From the NCBI GenBank assembly GCA_963693365.1, contig CAVNZM010000016.1, forward strand, positions 3,189,957 through 3,253,956: 64,000 nt of DNA, read 5' to 3'. The notes beneath the pieces are model-generated. The model was given only the letters and a program-made list of their open reading frames with translations, did not search any database and was not told where the DNA came from. Positions 1-12,556 of this stretch are shown piece by piece. Position 1 is the first letter of the stretch. The number at the start of each line of letters is the position of its first letter. The DNA is from Amoebidium appalachense. Lineage: Eukaryota > Protista > Ichthyosporea. The position numbers and the translations under genes were made by a program.

Positions 1-283
1 CTCCTGCTGTACGTATGGATACCACCCTAATAGATAAGTCTGTATGGTGCTCTGATGTTGATATTGCCTGGGAAGTTGTGCAGTGGCGCTGTAATTCTTG
101 TTTTCATCGCCGCTGGTGCCACTTTTGTGCTGACCTTTTTAATCGCAAGCATGTTGATAGGTGTGAATTTTTATGTCGCGTTTTACCTCTTTCCCTCCGG
201 GTATCTGCTACACTAGCTGGCAATGTGAACACTTTAGACTTTTTGTTGAATTCTGTTGGTCGTCACATTGAGTATTTATATGA

Positions 284-635
284 TTTTCACACAGTGTTCA
301 GGTATCTCAGTATGCACTTGTTACTGGATAACTCGTGAAGTTTTTATTGTCTTCTCAGTATGCCGTGCATACTTGCATTTCTTTCCGTCGAATAAATCCA
401 GTCAAAAGAAAAAAAAGAAATACCTGGATTTATGTTGAAAATTCCCTTTTTATCATCGTGGACCGCTATTGGAATCTCGTGGAAACTTCCTTTTAAACAT
501 GAAAACTCTTCTTTGGACTGGATTTATTCGACGGAAAGATATGTAAGTATGCACGGCATACTGAGAAGACAATAAAAACTTCATGAGTTATCCAGTAACA
601 AGTGCATACTGAGATACCTGAACACTGTGTGAAAA
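284..635. repeat. Long inverted repeat (foldback): 127-bp arms at 284-410 and 509-635, 98-bp spacer
   Basis: The left arm TTTTCACACAGTGTTCAGG...CCAGTCAAAAGAA is the reverse complement of TTCTTTGGACTGG...CCTGAACACTGTGTGAAAA, with about 4 mismatches by eye. Confidence 0.92.
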
Positions 636-999
636 CTCTCCAGTGGGAATCGTCATGGTAATTTCAGTTTGGAATTCCCTTTTATACCAGTGGACCATCA
701 ACCATTTAACGCCGTGGAAACCTTTTTTAAAATCATAGAAATTCTCTAGTTAAATGACCGTAAAAATTTCCATTTGAAACATGGTAGCTGGCTTTTGTAA
801 AACACCGTGGTGGAATTTTACACTCGAGCGAAGAACAGAAAGTCGGGGGGGGATTCGGAAAATGCCAATTTCAAAACCAAAAGTGAAAAATATCGCCGGA
901 AATACCACTTATCCGGGCTCAAATTCCACTTTTTTCCAGAAATTTCCAGAAATTTCCGGGAATGGTTTCCTCCTATTACCGGAATTGGGCTATATATCT

Positions 1000-1043
<44 letters not shown>

Positions 1044-1095
1044 TGTAAGCATTAGAGGGTGGTTTCCAAGAAAACGAAGAATTGCAAGCAAACAA

Positions 1096-1136
<41 letters not shown>

Positions 1137-1219
1137 GCTGTTTTTTATCCATATGTTCTTTTATGTTTTGGCTTCTGTTTTTTCTTCTTTCCCTTTTTTC
1201 TTTTTTTTCTTTTTTTTTT

Positions 1220-1274
<55 letters not shown>

Positions 1275-1321
1275 CCTGGGGAAATCCTGTTATCATGTTT
1301 TTAACGCCCACCCAAACACAG

Positions 1322-1676
1322 ACCACCACCCAGCCCCCCTCCAATTCTCCCCGCTACCCACCGGCGCCCCCACCACCCCTGTGCTTGGTGGCCCCCCAAC
1401 GCCCACCCAGCAAAACTGCACGGCTGATGCCACTTGGACATCTGCAGCAAATTTGAGTACCCAGCCGGCAGCACACACGATAACAACGGTAAGCGTTTCT
1501 ATTCAACTCTTGATATGTGTGGTTGGGAGCTTTCTGACAATTGGGTAGGCTGGTTGTATCCACCGATACCATCATGCTGCTTTTTCAAAGTTTAGCGTTT
1601 TTTTTCTTCTTTTTTGTTTCGATGATTTCCCCCCGTTCAGAACGACACAAAGAATGTGATTTGGCGCGAGATTTGA
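1322..1676 (+). CDS. Possible 3' exons of an upstream gene of unknown function (1322-1488, 1641-1676)
   Basis: A CAG acceptor at 1321 opens a Pro/Thr-rich frame (HHPAPLQFSPLPTGAPTTPVLGG...AHTITT) that ends at a GTAAGC donor. The next CAG acceptor at 1640 gives NDTKNVIWREI*. Phases agree, but I recognise no homology. Confidence 0.3.
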
Positions 1677-2671
1677 ACCAATCAATCAAGGACTAGTCAG
1701 TCTATCGATCAATACGCTTCTTGGTTCAATTTGGTTGCTTGGGCGGTAGATTCAAGATGATGACGTCATTTTATGAGATAACGACAAGACAGACTAATAT
1801 TTGCCGGTGCATCTGATAAAAGCGCAACCAGCCTTTTTTGTTTTCACTGTGAGCCTCGTTCTATCCTTCGTTTTCAACATAGACAGAAAGAGCAATTGCT
1901 GGTTTACGCTGGTCAAAGAAGCAAAATCTGTATTGCTTCTTTTTCTGTGGTTTAAACAACTTACATACACCTTTGTTGGCCATTTTTTAGCCGAGATTCG
2001 ATATCTTGTGTGTTACATAAATTCTGAGTCTGTAGTCGCCGTTTCAAAGGTAAACAAGTTGCCTAGATTTTTTTTATAGCACGTTCAGGAAGCTAGTGTT
2101 GGCAGTTGGTTGTGTGTGGGCAAAACACTTTGCTTGGTCTGGCTTCGTCGTCTTTGGCCTTTCACATCTTGATCATTCGAGGGGTTGCTTTGGATGTTTA
2201 TTCTGGGTGAAAAGGGCAATACCAGCGATCTATTGTGTTTCTTGCGAAAAACAGCAAATGTTTTGAGCCTAGTATCGACGTTTGGAAGAGAAGAGTGGGG
2301 TCAAATATTGTGTTCCACTCATTAACAAATAGCGGTCGAACAACATAACATGCCTCATTCTTTCGACGTTTCCTTTCTCTTGCACTGTTCTCTTTTGCCC
2401 TACGAGTTTCTTTACCAGCTGTTGTTTTTTTTTTTTGTCTTTTCTTCAAGCAGAAGAGCAGTGGACTCTGCCTTTTACATTCTTTTCTCACTGACCAAGA
2501 CCAACCAGCTCGGGTGTCTTAGGGGCTGCAGACAAAGAGTTGTGACCTCTGCTTGCTTGACTGGTCGCATTCGTGCCTTTGCTCTGCTTGCATCTCTCGT
2601 TCTTCTCCATTATCAACACGTCTAGTCTGCTTTTTCTCGACTGAGCTGTGTCGTTATTCACACCATCAATC

Positions 2672-3845
2672 CTCCTGTACTCTGGGCATGTAGGGCTGTG
2701 TGTTCTTGCAAGTGTTGCCTTGCCGTCTTCCTTGGTGGCTGAAAGCAAAAGTTGTGGTGGGTGGGCACGTAGAGGCGTCTGTTGGGACTGACATCTCTTG
2801 TTTTGAGCCCTTGCATGCTTCTGCTAACTGAAATTTACTGGTTAAGACATGGATGCCTCGAGATAACTGATGGACAGACAACCAAACTAGAACATGTTTT
2901 TAAACACACAGGTTATGCACAGCCCTTCAATATTGCTTTGCCCCCTGCAGATGTCCCAAGAACAGCGAGACCTTGTTGCCGGGTTCTTGAAAGAGCTTCA
3001 TCACACGCGGCGGCAGGAGATCGAAGTGGAGAAAATGCGCCTGGCTGGCAACACAGCGTTGGACAGTCGACTGGTCGACGTCATGGCTAAGGTCTTAGGT
3101 GTCGATGCTCCGGCACCTGCTGTTGACCAGCAGAACCAGGTGGCGGTGAGACTCCTGATTTTACACCCTTGGTGGTCTGGTTGGTGTTCCTCCTCATGTG
3201 TTCCAGGTTGCCCGATGCGGAGAGCATACACAATTTGTTTGGTAGCATTTGGGTAAAACACTTGTCCCAGTAGGCATGGGTTGTGGTCACAAGGCAAGAA
3301 CGCAAAAAAGCTGAAATCAATACATCTGTTTATACCACATGTGTTCGAGTGACAAGAGTGGCCTTATTTGGAAAGATGTTGGTTGACGTCTACCTGACAC
3401 TTTCTCAATCTCCGATGACAAGAGTGCTTACACGTTTTCTTACACAGCTGCGCCACCATGCTGACCACCATTCCCCCCGCGCCCCCCGCTATGCACCATA
3501 CCTAAGGCCAGCCTCTCGGCCTCGGCAGGAGGTGGGTTTTGCATGTTTTGACTTTTGCAATCCCCATACACCTGTTGCATTTTGTGCTGGGGGCAAGCGC
3601 TGTGTATGGGAGGTACGAGTTGGCGGTAAATGCACATATTGTTGCGGTGTCCATGAGTGAGATATGACAAGATATTAAACTGAAATGCTGCTAAAATTAG
3701 CCCATTTGTGAGGTGTGTATGTCGGGTTAATCCCCCCCCCCCCCCCCCCCCCCCCTCCCCCCCTTCCCACTCACTCAGCCCTCCTTCATTTCCTTCATCA
3801 TCGGACGTGCTATACGTGCTGCACGCACGCACGGACAAAGCTGCA

Positions 3846-3880
<35 letters not shown>

Positions 3881-3884
3881 TGTG

Positions 3885-3916
<32 letters not shown>

Positions 3917-4576
3917 GGAGAGGGGGGCTTTGGTGTGTGCGTGTGTGCATGTGTGCGTGCATGTGTGTTCGTGTGTGTGTTTTCTTTTCTTTTCTTCTCG
4001 CTTTTTTTTTTTTTTTTTGGGGGGGGGGGGGGGGTGAGCGAAGGGGCGGAAGGGGGGAGAGGGGGGGGGAGGGGAGGGGAGGGGAGGGGGGGGGGTGGTT
4101 ATTATTAGTAACGTCGCTGACACCCACACCTATATGCAGGTTCTAGCACCCAGTGCCCCCCAGCGGGGACCCCCTGGCCCTGAACGACCCCTCTCGGCTT
4201 CGTTTTGCCCCACCTGCAAGCAGCCAAACCGGCCAGCATGGAGCCCGGCCACTGCAACTGTGCCGACAAGCATGCCCACTACGTCAGCCCGCCCAAACCC
4301 CGTGCCCTCCCCACAGCCCTGCGCCACACAAGCACAGCACCAAGACACTGCACGCTACCTTCATCAGCTGCCACCGTCTGTGCAGGTGTGTGCCTCTGTG
4401 CAACCAGATTACTTCTGGCTTGCTCTGCTGTGCTTTCTCTCCCTCCCCCCCCACCCCTCCCCCCATCCCCCAAATACCCACGCACACGCGCACGCACACA
4501 CCCATGCACGCGCACGCACAGAGACACTCACTCACTCGCACACAATTATGCAAACACTCACATTCACATACACGCC

Positions 4577-4625
<49 letters not shown>

Positions 4626-4791
4626 CTGTACTCTGGGCATGTGGGGCTGTGTGTTCTTGCAAGTGTTGCCTGGTTTTACACCCTTGGTGGTCTGGTTGGT
4701 GTTCCTCCTCATGTGTTCCAGGTTGCCCGATGCGGAGAGCATACACAATTTGTTTGGTAGCATTTGGGTAAAACACTTGTCCCAGTAGGCA

Positions 4792-4793
<2 letters not shown>
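2672..4793 (+). repeat. Repeat of about 170 bp present in three copies: 2672-2740 (5' part), 3151-3278 (internally deleted), 4622-4793 (full)
   Basis: CTCCTGTACTCTGGGCATGT(A/G)GGGCTGTGTGTTCTTGCAAGTGTTGCCT is shared by copies 1 and 3. TTTTACACCCTTGGTGG...CCCAGTAGGCATG (about 120 bp) is identical in copies 2 and 3. Confidence 0.9.
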
Positions 4794-4887
<94 letters not shown>

Positions 4888-5246
4888 GCACGACAGCTCT
4901 GGTAGACTTATGTTGATCACTATGAATTGCTGAAGATATTATATACGAGTATTTCGTGAAAAGAGGTAGCAAAAAATGGTGACGTCAAAGGTTCTTTTTT
5001 CTTTCTTGTTCTTTTTTTTTTTTATTTTTTTATTTATTTATGTTTGTTTGTTTCTTCGGTACTTCAGTCTGGATCTAGAGGGGTTAATTTACGTTGTGCT
5101 CCACCATGCTCTCTGTCCTTGTTTCCTTTTTCCTCTACAATCTAGTCTACCCCCCCCCCCCCCCCCCCCCACACACACACACAAAAAAACAAAAAACAAA
5201 AAACCACCACCACACACACACACACTTACAAACGCTTACTCACTAA

Positions 5247-5308
<62 letters not shown>

Positions 5309-5821
5309 AACCCGGTTATGCCATGCATTGGCTTAACAATCACCTGACTAGTAACGCCCGTGCACATACACATGCGCTCCTAATACCTGTTACCTCGTGT
5401 TCTCTTAAGAATTGACTATGACACTGGCACCTTCACGTATTCGGCTAAGACGTTTTCCACACAGGACGGCCATAGAATTGCAGTTGAGGCCCTTCAACGT
5501 GTGCTGGAGCGGGACCAGGACGAGGAGACGGAAGAGTTCCTGCGGCTGAGGGCCACCGCCGAGAGCCAGGAGACCTGCTTGGAAGCATCAAAGAAGTTTT
5601 TGCGCGAGGGGATGGACCTGACCACCATCGTTGCTAAGTACGAGAAGATGAAGGACAGCCTCAGCGAGGAACGACCCTTGATTCTTGCCCAGCGCTGGAG
5701 TGCCATCGGGCTGCTGCCCAAGGCAGCCACGATCATCGTCACGGCCATGGTTGCGGAGAGTCTGGTCAACGATGTCGAGTTGCGGTTCCCGAGGTCCCTT
5801 AACGACCACATCCTGTCGTGA
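2951..5821 (+). CDS. Spliced orphan protein, about 293 aa; exons 2951-3145, 3448-3531, 4140-4385, 5465-5821
   Basis: All introns are GT-AG and phase 0, and the joined frame is open ([18 protein letters not shown].../LRHHADHH.../[10 protein letters not shown].../[28 protein letters not shown]...NDHILS*). The last exon has coding-like GC3 bias. The ATG directly follows a CAG acceptor, so further 5' exons are possible. Confidence 0.65.
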
Positions 5822-6078
5822 TCGCGCGCGCGACGCGACCCACCAGACAAAAATTCAAGAAAGTTGTTTAATTTAAGTATGGAAGTATGAAACACATTGT
5901 CGAACGATGAGTAGTTGTTGTGCGTAGTTGCTCCTACCTATAATATACGGTTTTCAGTGAAACTGTGCAGTACGTATGCATCTTTTTGATACAAGTTGTG
6001 TTAATATTCGATGTATAGCCACGTGGGTGCTTGTCTAAGTACTACTCTATATAGCACTCAATGTAGCTCTCGACCCTA

Positions 6079-6290
6079 TCACATAATGTTGGAATATCTA
6101 TCTCTTTCGTACATAAGCCTAATATTAGACAATGCACGAATACGTTTAAAAGTCCCACTTCTTCGCATCCGCTCCAAAGGCGACTCCCATGATCTTTCTA
6201 AGCAACGAGGCTTATCTTGCTGGCTCGAAGCCGCACTGACAATACGGAGAAAGGCATCCTCTTGCTTTCTCAACGGATTAAACCAAGCTG
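6079..6290 (-). CDS. Putative terminal exon of a small basic protein, weakly like mitoribosomal bS21m (MRPS21)
   Basis: A GCTAAT branch site and CACAG acceptor precede the open frame AWFNPLRKQEDAFLRIVSAASSQQDKPRCLERSWESPLERMRRSGTFKRIRALSNIRLMYERDRYSNIM*. It is oriented divergently from Rab24. Upstream exons are unresolved. Confidence 0.3.
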
Positions 6291-6972
6291 CTGTGCAGCC
6301 CGATTAGCACCAAACACACCGTTTGCCCCCCTTTTGAGTTCCCAACCATCATCACATGCATCACAGGTACGTACATACACTGGTGTACGTACAACACACA
6401 GTGGGGAAAATATCAAAAGCCGAAGACCAAAGTGGTGCGATACCGGCTCCACCAATAGGTTCAGTGCAACATGACTATATATGGCTACAGTGATGCTGTG
6501 TCGACCAATCAAATGGGTAGAGCAAAGCCAAGAAGAGCGAAATCCTTCCAAAGAAAGCGGAAACACGACACCTGCGTGGCACGGTGTAGCGAGACGATCG
6601 CTACGTATATTTGCAGGGGCAAACACCCCGTTAAAATTTTTTTTTTTTGCATGCATCACCATCCTTTCTGAGAGCACGTTTTAGTAGACACAAGCAAGGT
6701 AGTTTGCAGCAGTCTTAAAACCGCAAGCGCTGGCCCATTGCCACTGAGGTGGGCAACTTGGTCAAACACCCAGTTATGCAAAAAACGTGCATACATACAG
6801 AGTTACAAGCAGATACCCCCATATACCACACCCGTACAATCATCACCAAGTGAACCTGCTTGTATTTTGCGACCTTTCAACCCTTCAAACAACCACTATT
6901 ACTATATGACCGGTCGCCAGAAAACACCGCAAAGGGTCACGGGAGTTGTTGCCTTTGCGCCTTAAGGGGACC

Positions 6973-7235
6973 ATGTCGCAGCAGGTGGATCTTAAGGTGG
7001 TGCTGCTAGGCAGGGAGGCAGCCGGCAAGACCAGTCTGGTGGACAGGTTTGTGCACGGCCGCTTTGCCGACGGCAGCAGGCAGGCAACCGTCGGCGCGGC
7101 GTTTTGCGCAAAAACGGTGGGTGGTTGTGTGGATGTGCACGTGTGTGTTTGTGTGTGTGTGTGGTGAGTGAATGGGTGGAATGATGTGGGTGATGAAGGT
7201 GGTGGTGGTCGTTGCGGTGTTGATGATGGTGGTGG

Positions 7236-7304
<69 letters not shown>

Positions 7305-7347
7305 ATGTGCGTGTGAAGGGGGTGGGGAGGGGAGGATTTTGGTACTG

Positions 7348-7424
<77 letters not shown>

Positions 7425-9993
7425 TGCGTGTCTGTCTGTGGGTGTGTGCATCTTCCGGGGGCCAGTGTGTATGTGTGTACGTGCATGTGTGTGTCTGTTT
7501 GTGCGTGTGTCCAGGGGGGGGGGGGGGAGGGGGGGAGGGTCTGTGTTCGATTTAAGTGGGCAACGCTGGTGCCTCTGCAGTGGTTTCTTGGCACTTCAAA
7601 CACGAAAGAGACAAGGTGTTAGGGGGATTGAATCAACGAATGTGATACCTGGGGACTATATCGATAGAAAGAGGAAAACGGGGGGAGGGGGGAGGGGGGA
7701 GGGGAGGCTGGTTGGGTGGTGGGGGGGACGCGTGTGGAGGGAAGGGGGGGGGGGGGGGGGGGGGGGGGGGGAAGGGGGGTGTGGGGGTGTGTGTGGGGGT
7801 AGGGAGGCTTAGTGTGTGTTTTTCGGGGTCTATGCAGTATGCTGATTTTTTTTTGCTGTGCAGGTGGACACGCCACACGGGGCCGTAGCCCTGGGCATAT
7901 GGGACACGGCAGGCAGTGAGCGGTATGAGTCCATGACGAGGATATACTACAGGGGGGCTGGGGCTGCAATAGTCTGCTTCGGTATGTGGCTTGGAATGTG
8001 TCGGGCAGGGAGGGGGAAAGAGGGAGGGGGGGGGGGGGGGGGGGGGGGGAGAAGGAGGACACTAAAGTATGTCTTGGTAGGTGTGTGTGGGTAGCTAGTT
8101 GTGGGTGTGGGGGGGATATGAAGAACAGGGGGAGGGGGGGGGGGGGGGGGGGAAGGAGGGAGCGGCAGTGGCGGCAAGGAACGGGGGGGGGGGGGGGGGG
8201 GGGGGAAGGGAGGGGGGGGTGAAGGGTAGGGGGCTTAGGGGGTAGAGAGGGAAGAACGGGTTTGAGGGGTTGATGGGGGAAGGCATATTTGCTTGTTATG
8301 TGGGATAGGTCTGCATCTACCTACGTGTTTGCACAGTGTGGGGGATGGTTTGTGGGTGGGAGGCGGGGGGGTTGGGGCAGTAAGGGGGATCTTAAGGTGG
8401 GGTACTGATCAGGTACTAAAGTGCTGGATTATGGTGTGCTGATGTGGCCTGAATGGATCACTGATATTTCCTACTTTGGTGTGTTACTGATGTTTACCAA
8501 ATAGGTGTGCGTTACTGACCTTGCCTACCTTTTTTTCAATTTTTTAATTTTTTATTTTGCAGACCTGACGGAGAGGGAGGGATTCACCAAAGCCAGCCAA
8601 TGGGTGCGCGAGCTGCGAGATGCAGAGGAGCAGTGTAGGCTGTATGTGGTCGGCACAAAGGCAGATTTGGTTGAGTCGGACCCGAAGTTGAGGCAGGTGC
8701 CTGCGGAAGAGGCAGAGATATTTGCGGAGAGCTTGGGTGCAAAGGTGTGTGTGTGTGGGTGTGTGGGAGGGTGGGGGGTGGGGGGGGGTTGGGGTGGGGG
8801 TGTTGGGGGCAGGATGGGCAGGGAGGGGGGGGGGGGGGGGGGGGGGGAGGGAGGGGGCAGGGGAGAGGGGGGGGGGGGGGGGGGGGGAGCATGCTGGGGG
8901 CAGGAGGGAAGGGGGAGGGAGGTTGGGGGTTCGGGGGGCGGGGGCAGGGGGGGGGGGGAGATGGAAGGGGGGAGGAGGAGGATGGTATGAGGGTGTGGGA
9001 TTGGGTGATGGGGTTGGGGGGGGGGGGGGAGGGGGGGTTGGACGGGGAGGAGGGAATGAGAGTGTGGGGTTGGGTGACGGGGCGAGAGGGAGGGGAGGTG
9101 TGTGGGTGGGTGGGTGGGTGTGGGTGTGGGTGTGTGTGTTGTGGGGACGGGTGGGGGAGGGGGAGGGTGCTTGGTGAGTGTTTGTACGGCTGGGTTGGTG
9201 ATGGGTTGGTTAGTTGGTGGGGTTGAGGGGATGAGGAGAGGGTGGGTGGGTGAGTGGACGGGGGGGGGGGGGGGGGGGGGGGAGGGGGGGAGGGGGGGGG
9301 GAGGGGGAGGGGGGAGGGCGGGGGAGGGGGAGGGGCGTCTTTGTGAGAATGGTGTTAGGGGGGCGAAAAAAGTGGACGAGGATGGGCTCAAGTGTTGCGA
9401 ATGAGATGATGGGTTTTTACTTTTTTCAGTCGGTTTTTTGACGATTGAGCGCTGCTCTTGTGGCACACGGATGTATGTGGGCTTGTGGGGGGGGGGGGGG
9501 GGGGGGGGGGGGGGAGGGAGAGAGAGATAGAGAGAAGAGGGGACGGTAGAGAGTAGACGGTAGGGTGTGGACAGGATTAGATTCGTCTCTCCGCCTCTAT
9601 CTATTTTTTTTTCCCATTCCCTCTTTCTGTTTTGTATTTTGTGGGGAAGAAGGGGGGGGGAGGGGGGGCATTGTGTATGTGTGTGTGTGGGGGGGAAGGG
9701 GGGGGGGGGAGGGGGGGGGAAGAACATGATTGAGCAGAGAGCAGGGAGAAGAGTAGGGTTTGTTTGGGGGGGGGGGGGGGGGGTTAGGAGTGGGGAGGGG
9801 GGGGGGGGAGGCGGAGGGGTGAAAGTCAGTTGGCCATGGTGGGGCTGGGGTCGTGGTCGTTTTTCCGGATGTGTGTGTGTATAGTATGCGTGTCTTTGTG
9901 CGTGTGTGTGTGTGCGTGTGTGTGTGCGTGTGTGTGTCTGTGTGTGTATATTTGTGTGTGTGAGGCGCGCGCGCGCAAGCATGCGTGTGTGCC

Positions 9994-10035
<42 letters not shown>

Positions 10036-10052
10036 GCTGTGTGTGTGTGTTG

Positions 10053-10130
<78 letters not shown>

Positions 10131-10858
10131 TATGATAGGTGGGTGGATTCTAATGCACGATTCCAGTATCTGGAGAGCAGCAGCAAGACGGGGCTCAACA
10201 TTGATGCGCTGTTCACTGCCATAGCCGAGGACTTTGTCATGTCCGTGCAGGCAGAGCACACACAGACACAGTCAGGTGTGTGTGGGGGGGGGGGGGGGGG
10301 GGGGCACATGAGGCACATGCACAAATGCACATGCACTTGCACAGATGCGCATCTGCAAATACGAACATGCAGACAGGCACACACGTGAACGCTCACAATA
10401 CGAACAATACTAACACAACAGACACACACACACACGCACACACACACACATGCACACTCACACGCTTGTGCACACGCACATGCAGAGGCACACACACACA
10501 CGCACACACACGCACACACACACACACACACGCGCGCAAATCACACACACAAATCTGACACAAAACACCACACACATACGGAACACTAACACGCTAAGAC
10601 ATACACACACAGACACACACAGACACACACACGGACGCACATCAACACACACCCACACGGTGCACTTGCACGCACACGCACACACACACTCACTCACTCA
10701 CTCAGAGAGAAACGTACACTCGCGTGCTAATAGGCCGTTTACGTGCATACACACACAGACTCACACACAGGCACACACAGTTGCGCACACAAGCACAAGC
10801 ACACATGCACACCCCTTCCCTTATGTAACACCTTTCCTCCTGCCTCTTTGTGCTCCAA

Positions 10859-10893
<35 letters not shown>

Positions 10894-11305
10894 TGACACA
10901 TACTGTGCACATTGCTCAAAATGCATGCTTGTTTGTTTGAATGTTTGTCTTTGCATGTGTCCTGCACCATGCTTCTCATCGTGTATGCGTACTTCGTACC
11001 GTGTTCCGCATTCAAACCTCCTTCCCCCCCCCCCCCCCCCCCCCCTCCCTCCCCCCCTCTCCCTCTCACCTCTAAACAAACACACACACACAATCCTCCC
11101 CCCTCCCCTCCCCCTCCCCCTCCCCCCCCCCCCCCTCCCCCCTCCCCCTCCCCCCCTACAGACACAGCCACAAACACATTCATACGATGGTTCCCGGTAC
11201 ATGCAAGCTGACTGTTGTGTGGGCACAGGCATTGTGGATCTGACCAAGCCCGTAGGCACCAACACGGAGGAGGCAAGGAGGTGTGCAGGCTGTGTGCTAC
11301 AATAG
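6973..11305 (+). CDS. RAB24: Rab24-like small GTPase, 209 aa; exons 6973-7116, 7864-7981, 8563-8744, 10167-10275, 11229-11305
   Basis: Motifs: [18 protein letters not shown] (P-loop), [19 protein letters not shown] (the Rab24-type Ser replaces Gln), GTKADL, ESSSK and a C-terminal CAGCVLQ. All introns are GT-AG and the exons sum to 630 nt. Confidence 0.93.
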
Positions 11306-11678
11306 CTACACATGCGCATGCGTGCATGTAGGTGTGGGTGTCGAGACACACATCAGATTGGAATTTATGGTCGAATGAGAATGGATGAGCGGACCGTTAA
11401 GAAACAGGCTGCGGCATCGTAGGCAGATGCACGGGCCAAAATGCAATAACGTTTGGGCTGCACCTAATGACCAATGAAATGTGGCGCCTGCCGTGCAGAT
11501 CCTGAGCCAGGAATGTGGGCCGAAAATTGGCGTGGACGGTGGGTGGTGCGTTGATTAGGACGGGGCGGGGCCCAGGAGATACGATATTTGCATCAACATC
11601 ACGAGTTATATGGCCATTTTACATGTCACTCCGAAGATCCCCGGACCCTTTTTTTTTTTTTTTTTTTTTCCCCTGCGG

Positions 11679-11714
<36 letters not shown>

Positions 11715-12493
11715 GCATTTCGGGGTCAGATATTAGCTGGCTGGTTCTAGACTGCAGTCACCTACAAATACATAGTGTGATGGGTAAATGGACGTATATA
11801 CGCCTGTGCCGTAACTGGATATACATATAGTAAATAAATGTGCACGTGAAATGAGTATAGATGTATGCATGTGCCGGCAATCCACACATGAAGACTCCCA
11901 ATGGCATAGGGGTGAGCTATTGATCATGAATTAAAACATTAGCAGCTTGGTTAATCTTCTTACGGTCTTCCTAGACATGCATTATGAGTCATGTAGTTAT
12001 ATCCAGGGCCAACCACCACATGTAGCAAGTCTTACCTAGGATGCGTAGGGATAGCTAACGGCGATGTGTATGTTTGATGAATGAAGGCGCACAGCCCTAC
12101 AAAGTGACGCATCACACGTGTACACCCTCATGGCCATATGGAAATTTTGGTGGCACATGTATTGCACAATTTGTGGAGAGTATATACGTAACCCACTTGC
12201 AATAAATTGTGCGGTAGCCACGTGCACACTATCTGAGCTCGAGTGCAATCCCATAAACCTTCCTGCTAAATAAATATCCAGACATGATTAAATTTCAAAG
12301 GCCACCCCCCCTCGCTATGGTTTACACGCTCAATATTTTGGGAGACGGTGGGTGCATAGCGGCCCCTTGTGTGCATGCGTGGCTTCTACTGCATTTTCCA
12401 GCACGGCCACACATTAGCCAGACGAGCGGCGCCACAGGCTCACCAAATCATATATATATTGTACTACCGGATTTACGGGAATAGTTATACAGC

Positions 12494-12556
12494 CATTACT
12501 CACTTGGGTGGAAGTCTAGATGAGAAAGACATTACTCACTTGGGTGGAAGTCTAGA
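12494..12556. repeat. 27-bp direct repeat, two copies (12494-12520, 12530-12556)
   Basis: CATTACTCACTTGGGTGGAAGTCTAGA occurs twice, 9 bp apart. Confidence 0.9.

Noticed and set aside
15-338. 107-aa ORF at the window start
   Set aside because: It runs into the foldback arm and has no recognisable domain or coding-like codon bias.
1002-1270. T/G-rich tracts as telomeric repeats
   Set aside because: They have no fixed repeat unit, and the same homopolymers occur throughout the introns.
1661-1682. CDE/CHR-like element GGCGC-GAGA-TTTGAA plus CCAAT
   Set aside because: It overlaps a plausible terminal coding exon (NDTKNVIWREI*). A single short match cannot be told apart from chance.
8552-10531. 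659-aa ORF and the many other Pro/Gly-, Cys-Val- and His-Thr-rich ORFs in the track
   Set aside because: They are translations of poly-C/G and (CA/GT)n intronic tracts, which lack stop codons, and they overlap real spliced genes.
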